From the IMG/VR virus record IMGVR_UViG_3300038300_000055, positions 1-27,204 of that record: a stretch of DNA of 27,204 bases. The stretch is one strand, 5' to 3'. A program made the translations under genes and the position numbers. Positions 8,470-15,908 of the stretch are shown here, piece after piece. Each line of letters begins with the position of its first letter. Within the stretch, counting starts at the first letter, position 1. This DNA comes from a virus (taxonomy: Duplodnaviria; Caudoviricetes). Below the pieces are notes generated by a model. That model worked only from the letters and a program-made list of their open reading frames with translations, ran no database searches and was not told where the DNA came from.

Positions 8470-8781
8470 TTACTCGTCTTCTGGTTGAGGGAACCATGCT
8501 TGGTCGTATTCTTCTCTTGTGTTTGGGAAGTTTGTGTTAAAAGCACTTGCTACTTCAGCTGGATACCGTGAAGAAATTGCATCTGGGATAATAGGGAATA
8601 CCCATTTACCATCCAATCGTTCTTGTGGCACTGCCCATCTTTCCGTTTTTGCTTTGTTGGGTTCTGGCAATCCAGTCTTAGCATTTACACCTACAATAGG
8701 CACTTGTGCTACTTGGCAAATCATTGCTTCAGCGGCTATTGCCAATCCTTCCGTTTCAAAAACATAATATAAGTTGCTCAT
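8470..8781 (-). CDS. Hypothetical protein, possible fibre assembly chaperone
   Basis: 103 aa with strong SD and own late promoter, inside the paralog array; TERWAVP..LDGKWVFP. The function is inferred from context only. Confidence 0.6.
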   Translation of the reverse strand: MSNLYYVFETEGLAIAAEAMICQVAQVPIVGVNAKTGLPEPNKAKTERWAVPQERLDGKWVFPIIPDAISSRYPAEVASAFNTNFPNTREEYDQAWFPQPEDE

Positions 8782-8807
8782 TTTTTTTCTCCTCTTAATT
8801 CCTAAAT

Positions 8808-8815
8808 TATTTATA
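8808..8815 (-). promoter_or_regulatory. Late promoter TATAAATA
   Basis: Exact intergenic motif. Confidence 0.8.
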
Positions 8816-8817
8816 CA

Positions 8818-9945
8818 TTAAGGTGCTAGCGTTTTATAAGGATGGGATACATCCAAGTCTCCGTTAACACCCCATTTATGCGCTAGGTATCCTTCAAGTT
8901 TTTGTCTTAACTCAGTGGTGAGCGTTTCATCTCCACAAATAATCTCTCCGATGAAACCATCCCAACCTCTACCATTAATTCCTCTATCACCACCCACCAT
9001 TAAAGGAAAATTAGTGAGAGACAAATTATCGTGAACAACTATACACGCATCATTATATAGAGCATCAGCTCCTGTATTTGATAGGGGGTTACCATCAGTA
9101 TAGTAAGCATTTTGCCACCTATTCGTGGCCAATTCACCTCTATACTGAACCGTGTAATTATTTCCACCTGTACTTGTCTGTGAACCTATTGCTTGAGAAA
9201 AAGTAGCTCCAAAAGTTCTATTTAACACCACAATAACATATTCAAAAGTAGGTAAGTTTGTAGTAACATTCAAATCTTGACTCAAACCACCAATTGATTG
9301 GTCTTGGAACTCGACCGCATTAAGACCATTTATAGTTCCTGTTCCATACTTGGGTTGGTCATTTACTGTACCTTGTGATAGGTCGTAAATACCGTTCTTA
9401 TCACTCCATTGAGTTACGTTACTACCATTAATTATAACAGTAGAAGCATCACTAGCATCATACCAAGCTAATGTTGATATTTCAGAAGGCGAGAAAAATC
9501 CTTGAATGGTCCACCCCTTGCCTCGCAAACTAATTATGGCTAACAGACCATCACTAGTCAAAGTTGTAGATAAATTATTAGTTAAATCGACAACACCACC
9601 TGTTATACCCAAACCATCCAATGTTATCAAAATTCTACTTATCTCTGCTCCAGATAAATTGTTATTACTAACATCCAAAGTTGTGAGATTTCCGAATCTT
9701 GATACATCAAAAGAGGTTAAAGCATTGCCACTAACATCAATCTCTGTAACTAAGCCCGAGTCACTCTTTACGTTTAGTAAATAGGGAGGTATTCCTGTAT
9801 ATACATGAGAAGGAGTATTACTGGTTTCGGTAGTACCATCACCATAACTAACAGTTACAGTTCCACTAGAAGTAGTAAATGTTCCAGAGAATGACGAATT
9901 ACCCTTCAATACTCCAAAGTCTTTTGTTATTTTATCTAAATTCAT
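8818..9945 (-). CDS. Adhesin/fibre-like paralog 2: PKD-like + short LRR + LamG-like domain
   Basis: YGDGTTETSNTPSHVY; FDVSRFGNLTTLDVSNNNL; AWYDASD; EGYLAHKWG..SHPYKTLAP. Confidence 0.75.
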   Translation of the reverse strand: MNLDKITKDFGVLKGNSSFSGTFTTSSGTVTVSYGDGTTETSNTPSHVYTGIPPYLLNVKSDSGLVTEIDVSGNALTSFDVSRFGNLTTLDVSNNNLSGAEISRILITLDGLGITGGVVDLTNNLSTTLTSDGLLAIISLRGKGWTIQGFFSPSEISTLAWYDASDASTVIINGSNVTQWSDKNGIYDLSQGTVNDQPKYGTGTINGLNAVEFQDQSIGGLSQDLNVTTNLPTFEYVIVVLNRTFGATFSQAIGSQTSTGGNNYTVQYRGELATNRWQNAYYTDGNPLSNTGADALYNDACIVVHDNLSLTNFPLMVGGDRGINGRGWDGFIGEIICGDETLTTELRQKLEGYLAHKWGVNGDLDVSHPYKTLAP

Positions 9946-11159
9946 GGTGATAATGTTTTGTAAGGATGTAATACAGGGAGATTAGCAGTTAGACCCCATT
10001 TATGTGCTAGGTATCCTTCTGCCTGTTGCCGAACTGTATCAGATACACCATCTATGATTATACACTCGGCAAATATACCATCCATGTTCTTTGTTCCAGA
10101 ACGATTTGACATTATTCTAAGGTCATTAGGGGTACTAATACCCGTAGTATAATCATTATTAGCATTAGTTTGTGAACCATCAACAAAAACATTCCTTAAT
10201 GATAACCCGAAATCAAAATTCAAATTGTAGATACTAGGACCATTGAAAGGACCACCTATTGAGTCCGAAGGATTCGAGCCTCCTAAACCTGACGTTGACA
10301 TACGACCATAGAAGTCCGTATCTATTGGGGGGTCTGCCTGAGACGCATATTGGAAGTCTTTATTGGCTGCGTTCATTGAGATTAAAGAATTAAACCCATT
10401 ATCAACACTATCAACCCCTGCTACAATAAATATAGCAACATTCGATGATGGGAGGTTGAACGATAAGTGTTCCAGAAGTTTACTTCCGTTGAAGTCCAAG
10501 ACGTTTAGGGTATTCAAGGAACGAGAATTTGTTACTGGTTGATTTGCTCCATTCCCTTGAATCAAATGATTTAGTGTTCCACTCTTATCGTCCAGCTGAC
10601 TAACAAGACCACTAGACTCTATGATGGTACTAGCATCAGAAGTATCATACCAAGCAGTAGTAGATATTAACGCTGGTGACCATCCTAGTCCATATAGTGT
10701 CCAACCTTTTACAATCAGACTATAGTAAGCATTAACTGCATCAGTTGTTAAGTCTGTATCAAATAAATTACCTTCATTGTTAAGAGTGCCATTCTCTTGT
10801 CCACTATTATCTAAGTCAACAAGTAGTTTGCTTACCTCTCTTCTAGGTAATAAGTTATTGGAAACATCTAATGTCGTAAGGTTTTTGAATCGTGATACAT
10901 CAACTGCTGTCAAACTGTTAGAATCCATGGTTATACCAGTTACCAAATCTCTATCCACCTTGCTTATGTTTATTAAATAAGGAGGGCGTCCAGTATATGT
11001 ATGAGATGGTGTATTAGTTGTTTCACTAGTTCCATCACCATAGTTAATAGTTATCGTACCACTGGAAGTCGTGAATGTTCCCGAAAAGGTAATATTACTT
11101 TTGAGGACTGCCAAGTCTGCCGATGGGTCTAAGTCTGGTATTGTTATTTTATTCGCCAT
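9942..11159 (-). CDS. Adhesin/fibre-like paralog 1 (405 aa from ATG 11159)
   Basis: Start moved to MANKITIPDLD, 5 nt after a late promoter. Same motifs as paralogs 2 and 3. Confidence 0.75.
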   Translation of the reverse strand: MANKITIPDLDPSADLAVLKSNITFSGTFTTSSGTITINYGDGTSETTNTPSHTYTGRPPYLINISKVDRDLVTGITMDSNSLTAVDVSRFKNLTTLDVSNNLLPRREVSKLLVDLDNSGQENGTLNNEGNLFDTDLTTDAVNAYYSLIVKGWTLYGLGWSPALISTTAWYDTSDASTIIESSGLVSQLDDKSGTLNHLIQGNGANQPVTNSRSLNTLNVLDFNGSKLLEHLSFNLPSSNVAIFIVAGVDSVDNGFNSLISMNAANKDFQYASQADPPIDTDFYGRMSTSGLGGSNPSDSIGGPFNGPSIYNLNFDFGLSLRNVFVDGSQTNANNDYTTGISTPNDLRIMSNRSGTKNMDGIFAECIIIDGVSDTVRQQAEGYLAHKWGLTANLPVLHPYKTLSP

Positions 11160-11164
11160 ACTAT

Positions 11165-11172
11165 TATTTATA
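11165..11172 (-). promoter_or_regulatory. Late promoter TATAAATA
   Basis: Exact motif directly after the micro-ORF stop codon. Confidence 0.8.
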
Positions 11173-11280
11173 TCAAGGTGCAAATGATTTGTAAGGGTGA
11201 GATACTGGTACAGAAGTTTCGCTACCACTTAATACCACCAAATCTCTTGATGAGTCTAATTCTGGAAACTGTCTTACCAT
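11173..11280 (-). CDS. 35-aa micro-ORF or internally deleted fourth paralog
   Basis: MVRQFPELDSSRDLVVLSGSETSVPVSHPYKSFAP joins the paralog N-terminal motif to the C-terminal motif. Its start sits just inside the end of the 918-aa gene (ATGGTAA). Confidence 0.7.
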   Translation of the reverse strand: MVRQFPELDSSRDLVVLSGSETSVPVSHPYKSFAP

Positions 11281-14030
11281 GATGAAACTACTGCTACCTT
11301 AATCCATGTATCCGTTGCGACACATTTGTAATAATAACCTAAACCATAAGACCATTGACCTTTTACCCCTGTCGCATTTGGTCCAGTTACTTCTTCAACT
11401 GGAACATAAAGTTCTTGTATCTCTGTAGATATTATATCACCATTATCGTCTATTTGTGTAACATTCTCTTCAGTTGTTATGAGGTCTGGTAGGTTTAATT
11501 CCCCTCCACTTATAGAAAGTGTGCCTGTCATTGTATCACCAGTGACATTTACATATCTACCATCTAACGCACCACTTAATGCACTTTCGGTCAATGTAGG
11601 TATGATTTCGGACTGTGGTGTAAACACCAATTCACTTCCACTAACTGTTACCACATAAGTATCACTCCCCGCGTAAGAAGATGGGGTATCCACCAATCCA
11701 GAAAAACTAGTCGAGAAGTTATCAATTTGTCCTTGGAGATTACCACTAACGGCAACTAAATCAGTATCATTGCTTAGAACTTGCCCACTAATTGAGTCAA
11801 CGTCTGTTCTCAAGTCTATCAAATCATTTGAATTATTCCAAGCAGATAGGGATTGTGAATACGTCAATACTTGACCATCTTGGGCAGAAGTTATTAAAAC
11901 ATCGTGTAAGTCTTTCAACTCACCAGTATTTTGAATTGTAACTAATATTTGTCCATTATTAGTTGAGTTGAGAGCATAACCAATCCTTACTCTATGTTCG
12001 GGGGTTAATGGTTCTATATTTGTTAATGCTCCATTATTTCCAAGATATAAGGCATCACCTTCCGTCCAACTACTTGTATCAACTTCTCTAACTACACCAA
12101 ATACTGTAATAAACCCCTCGGAATTATTAGTAATGTTATGTGTCGCTACACCAATAACATCATCAGCAGTTAGTTCACTATTCTTGTCAGCAAGAGCAAC
12201 TGTTGGTCTATTACCTTGTGTACCATTGATATAAACAACTTGACCATTATTTATCTGAACACCTGTTTTATTTACGATACGAACCCAATTCTCTTCTCCA
12301 ATATCAAGAGCAACATCTGGAATATCATTGTATAGTTTTAATACACGACTATCACCATCATAAAACAACATTCCTTCTTCGTATGCAGGAATATTACCGC
12401 CCGATAGTGCTTCAAGGTGAAGTTCGTTTGTGTGGACTGTACTCACTGGAATAAGATGAGAACCGAGATTGTTTGTGTATATAGACGCATTTACTGTCAA
12501 GTCTCCAGTCATCGTGTCACCAGTAACATTTACATATCTGCCATCCAACGCACCACTCAATGCGCCTTCTGTGAGTGTGGGTATAATCTCCGATTGAGGA
12601 GTGAACACTAGACCACTACCACTAACTGTTACCACATAAGTATCACTTCCTGCGTAAGAAGATGGGGTATCCACTAATCCAGTAAAACTAGTTGAGAAGT
12701 TGTCTATTTGTCCCTGTAGATTACCACTAACAGCAACAAGGTCGGAATCTGTAGCATAATTGGCATCAAGATTATCTAACTGTCCTTGAATATCACCAAG
12801 TTCCACATCTATTAGAGCAAATGTGTCTTGTGTAGTAGTCCCTGCACTCATAGGAGCAGAAAATGTTGACGCATCTACGGAAATAGAACTTGCAGGGTGA
12901 ACATTTTCATCGGTTCTGCCAGATAAGAAATTGTGAATGGTTACACCGCCACCACCTCCACTACCAGTTCCTCCTGTTCCGCCTATACGAGTAATAGAAG
13001 TTATCTCCGCACCACCTGGATTAGTTCCACCAGTTGCTTGTAATGTTATTTGATAAAGAGCGGTAAATTCTTGAAACGGTAGGCCTGTTAAATTCAAATC
13101 TTCAAATGATTCTGAATTAGCAGATTCTTCAGTTGCATGTTCTCTTTGTCCTTGTAAGAAGAAGTATTGAAGTTCTTCGTCCAACGAAGTTGTTGCCACT
13201 GCATAATAATTCACATAACTATTACTTGATACTTCCGTTTGAGTAAAAATCCCCAAAACACTTTCGTTATATTTAATAGTTGTCCCACTGAAATATGGAA
13301 CTGAATTGCCTCTAGTAAACTCCCAATCAGAACTGTCTTTATAAAAAATGGTATAATTAGAGTCAATGTCTGGAGAAAGAGTGAGTCTTATATCCTCGTC
13401 ATTTATAATACCAGTTGTTACAGTAGGTTGAATGTCGCTTAGCGTTGAATTAGAAGTTAATACATAATTCTCAAGTTCAAAAGTATCGTTATCAACCTTG
13501 GTTCCATCAATAAAGTGCAATCGCTGGTGAGTCGCCCAGTCCATAGAAATTCCATGTCTTTCTTCTACTATAAAACCATCACCAATAGATGCGTTCCAAT
13601 AAACAAAAGCAGCTGGAACTTGAGTCTCTAAAGACCATGGTGTTGTAGAGACTGTAAAGACTAAATTAGACCCAGTTAGAATATAGTAAAAGAAATAACT
13701 ACCTGTTGTATCTGGAAAAACAAGAGAATCACCACTTAATGTGAATTTCTCCCCGAAATGATAAACGTCATAAGTGCCAGATAATGTTACTGTTCTTGAA
13801 GGTTTATCGAGCGAAAGTGTGCTATCTGTCCTATTGGCAAAACCAGTTGGTTCTCTTGTATCTTCTTGTATTTGAACTTGAAGTGCTCTTAGGTTTCCAG
13901 AAACCGCTTGGATTGTAGTATCTACTTCTATAAACGCATTCTCAACGACAGTTAGATTAGCACTATGTCTTACAGGGAAGGAATAGGGATTATACCCACT
14001 CAATTCTTTTGTTAACGTTATTATTGGCAT
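11274..14030 (-). CDS. Large fibre/appendage-like virion protein
   Basis: T/S/G-rich with a poly-Gly hinge, YVNVTGDTMTG fibre motifs, LKDLHDVLITSAQDGQVLTY, and a C-terminal GVKGQWSY..YYKCVATDTW module; late promoter and SD. Confidence 0.8.
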   Translation of the reverse strand: MPIITLTKELSGYNPYSFPVRHSANLTVVENAFIEVDTTIQAVSGNLRALQVQIQEDTREPTGFANRTDSTLSLDKPSRTVTLSGTYDVYHFGEKFTLSGDSLVFPDTTGSYFFYYILTGSNLVFTVSTTPWSLETQVPAAFVYWNASIGDGFIVEERHGISMDWATHQRLHFIDGTKVDNDTFELENYVLTSNSTLSDIQPTVTTGIINDEDIRLTLSPDIDSNYTIFYKDSSDWEFTRGNSVPYFSGTTIKYNESVLGIFTQTEVSSNSYVNYYAVATTSLDEELQYFFLQGQREHATEESANSESFEDLNLTGLPFQEFTALYQITLQATGGTNPGGAEITSITRIGGTGGTGSGGGGGVTIHNFLSGRTDENVHPASSISVDASTFSAPMSAGTTTQDTFALIDVELGDIQGQLDNLDANYATDSDLVAVSGNLQGQIDNFSTSFTGLVDTPSSYAGSDTYVVTVSGSGLVFTPQSEIIPTLTEGALSGALDGRYVNVTGDTMTGDLTVNASIYTNNLGSHLIPVSTVHTNELHLEALSGGNIPAYEEGMLFYDGDSRVLKLYNDIPDVALDIGEENWVRIVNKTGVQINNGQVVYINGTQGNRPTVALADKNSELTADDVIGVATHNITNNSEGFITVFGVVREVDTSSWTEGDALYLGNNGALTNIEPLTPEHRVRIGYALNSTNNGQILVTIQNTGELKDLHDVLITSAQDGQVLTYSQSLSAWNNSNDLIDLRTDVDSISGQVLSNDTDLVAVSGNLQGQIDNFSTSFSGLVDTPSSYAGSDTYVVTVSGSELVFTPQSEIIPTLTESALSGALDGRYVNVTGDTMTGTLSISGGELNLPDLITTEENVTQIDDNGDIISTEIQELYVPVEEVTGPNATGVKGQWSYGLGYYYKCVATDTWIKVAVVSSW
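11524..11762. repeat. Direct repeat copy A (~239 bp) within the 918-aa gene
   Basis: Matches 12505-12743 at an offset of 981 bp; encodes DLVAVSGNLQGQIDNFSTSF...YVNVTGDTMTG. Confidence 0.93.
12505..12743. repeat. Direct repeat copy B within the 918-aa gene
   Basis: See copy A. Most differences are synonymous; I counted 3 amino-acid differences over about 80 aa. Confidence 0.93.
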
Positions 14031-14054
14031 CTACATAAACTCCTGTCTCTATCT

Positions 14055-14062
14055 TATTTATA
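14055..14062 (-). promoter_or_regulatory. Late promoter TATAAATA
   Basis: Exact motif overlapping the upstream stop codon. Confidence 0.8.
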
Positions 14063-15122
14063 TGGCTCTGGGTCTTCTAAACTCGGTTTGTGTATTAAGT
14101 TCATGCCATTCAATCGTGGGGGAAAAATCCCTCCATTCATATTGTGGGTTAAAATCCCCCCAAACAAGCTCACCGAGTAAGAACAGACCTATTATGTCAG
14201 CGTCTCCTTCTGTCGTCCAATTGACACCATCTATTGAATATATAACGTATTCCAATTCGCCATCATTGGAATTAATAACCCTTGTCGCATCTCCGTCAAA
14301 TGTTTCCGAACCATAAGGAAGGATTGTGACTGTATTAGATGTGGTGTCTATTTTCTTAACAACGAAAGGTCTTCCTATGTTCAATGCTGGGTCTGGCATT
14401 CTAATGACCATATTCCCTTCACTAGCATCGGCAAGAATAACATTCGCAACAGTATAATTTATCCCATAAGGAGAATTCGCATAACTAATGATATCGGATT
14501 GATAAATCCTTTCAAGTATATTAATGTAACTCTTTAATTTGGAGTTCTCTGCTTCTAGTTCTGGGTTCTCATCGAATCCACCACCACCAACATCAACGCC
14601 CATTGAATAAGAAGGGTCATCTTTATAGTATTGGACTTTCCCATCCATTACATCTTTTTGTTTTCTAAGTATCTTCTTTAAATCGTCATTGAGATACTTG
14701 TAAAGGGAACCAACCGCTAATTGGTAAACATCATCATATTTTTCGTCTTCCTTATCCATAAGACCTTTGACGATATCAGTAATCATATCACCAAAACGCA
14801 TTTGGATTTCTTTCTTAACTTCTGGGTCTTGGTCTACTACTTTAGACTTTTTAAGCACATTGACCAATGACAGACCAATAGCATTTGCTTTCTTTACATC
14901 TATTTCGGAACTAACTTTTTGTATTTCATCAAAAAGTTCTATGGAAGCAGAATCTTCTTTTCTGGGGAGAATTCCAACAAGAGACTTTGCTGTCTCCTTG
15001 TCTACCTCTTTCTTTTTAGGTGCTAGGACTTCTAAGAGGGCGTTTTCTGGAGTCTTTTTCTTTCCAGAAAGTAATCCTAAAAGTGCGTCTTCAGCACCTT
15101 CCTTTTTCTTGCCAACCGCCAT
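14058..15122 (-). CDS. Putative virion protein: charged helical N-terminus plus C-terminal gp9/gp10-like beta module
   Basis: ILADASEGNMVIRMP...GRPFVVKKID..NTVTI...ETFDG...DGVNW resembles baseplate/fibre beta modules. Confidence 0.6.
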   Translation of the reverse strand: MAVGKKKEGAEDALLGLLSGKKKTPENALLEVLAPKKKEVDKETAKSLVGILPRKEDSASIELFDEIQKVSSEIDVKKANAIGLSLVNVLKKSKVVDQDPEVKKEIQMRFGDMITDIVKGLMDKEDEKYDDVYQLAVGSLYKYLNDDLKKILRKQKDVMDGKVQYYKDDPSYSMGVDVGGGGFDENPELEAENSKLKSYINILERIYQSDIISYANSPYGINYTVANVILADASEGNMVIRMPDPALNIGRPFVVKKIDTTSNTVTILPYGSETFDGDATRVINSNDGELEYVIYSIDGVNWTTEGDADIIGLFLLGELVWGDFNPQYEWRDFSPTIEWHELNTQTEFRRPRAI

Positions 15123-15126
15123 TCAT

Positions 15127-15468
15127 TTAGATTTTACTGATAATCTTCTTCACTTTAGAAGCAATATCTGCGGTGTTTTCTGTAAGGTTACAATCCAATA
15201 ATTCCTTGACAACCTGCAAAGCACCAATTATCTTAGTAGTGTCTTCTTCGAGGAGAGTTGATTCCATTTGAACACCCTTCTCTTCTTTCTTGACTGGTTG
15301 AGGACCATTGATTACTTCTTGATATGCTCTAGCATGGTTAGTGTAACTATTACCACTCTTAACCATTTGTTCCCTATGTTCCCTTATTTCTTTCAACTGT
15401 TGTTCAGACTGAAGACCCTTTTCTGGAACTTGTTGCATATTTTTGATAAAATCAGACATGTTATTCAT
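15127..15468 (-). CDS. Hypothetical late protein
   Basis: GAGGAG SD and late promoter. Confidence 0.7.
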   Translation of the reverse strand: MNNMSDFIKNMQQVPEKGLQSEQQLKEIREHREQMVKSGNSYTNHARAYQEVINGPQPVKKEEKGVQMESTLLEEDTTKIIGALQVVKELLDCNLTENTADIASKVKKIISKI

Positions 15469-15489
15469 AATATTCTCCTCGTTATACGT

Positions 15490-15497
15490 TATTTATA
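15490..15497 (-). promoter_or_regulatory. Late promoter TATAAATA
   Basis: Exact intergenic motif. Confidence 0.8.
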
Positions 15498-15505
15498 ATG
15501 CCTAG

Positions 15506-15907
15506 TTAACTTTTTACGACCCTACATCTCAAATTGACCACCTCATTATAACATTCCGTATTGTATATGTCATTAATTATAAGTCGTGCTTCTTCTATTT
15601 TTAAAGAACTTTTAGAATCATGCACACTTAGTATCTCAAAATCATATCCCGCTTCATTATCTTGTATGCTTTCTTGGATAACTCCACTCGAAGAACAATA
15701 GGTTCTCCAGTCAGAATCCTTTTTTACTTTTCTCTTTCTCTTCTTTCCCTTTAAAGGAGGACGGGTTTGAATTGAATACAACTGCTTACAACCAATATAA
15801 AATTTATTGTTTGATTTATCGGTTATTTTATAAACAAAACCGATTGCCGTTTCCGAGATTTCCGTTAGATTGGTTTTCCAATGCCCCCAATCTTCTATCT
15901 TAATCAT
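15506..15907 (-). CDS. Stand-alone GIY-YIG family nuclease domain
   Basis: GFVYKIT..NNKFYIGCK, DWRTYCSS, conserved E (EEARLI) and YN. Start moved to ATG 15907 to avoid overlap. Confidence 0.75.
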   Translation of the reverse strand: MIKIEDWGHWKTNLTEISETAIGFVYKITDKSNNKFYIGCKQLYSIQTRPPLKGKKRKRKVKKDSDWRTYCSSSGVIQESIQDNEAGYDFEILSVHDSKSSLKIEEARLIINDIYNTECYNEVVNLRCRVVKS

Positions 15908-15908
15908 C

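Noticed and set aside
11160-11228. N-terminal extension of the 428-aa ORF
   Set aside because: It spans the late promoter and the 35-aa micro-ORF in another frame; homology to the paralogs begins after ATG 11159.
7324-11280. Diversity-generating retroelement or invertase shufflon acting on the paralogs
   Set aside because: There is no reverse transcriptase or recombinase in the window, all copies are co-oriented, and differences between the C-terminal repeats are not adenine-specific.
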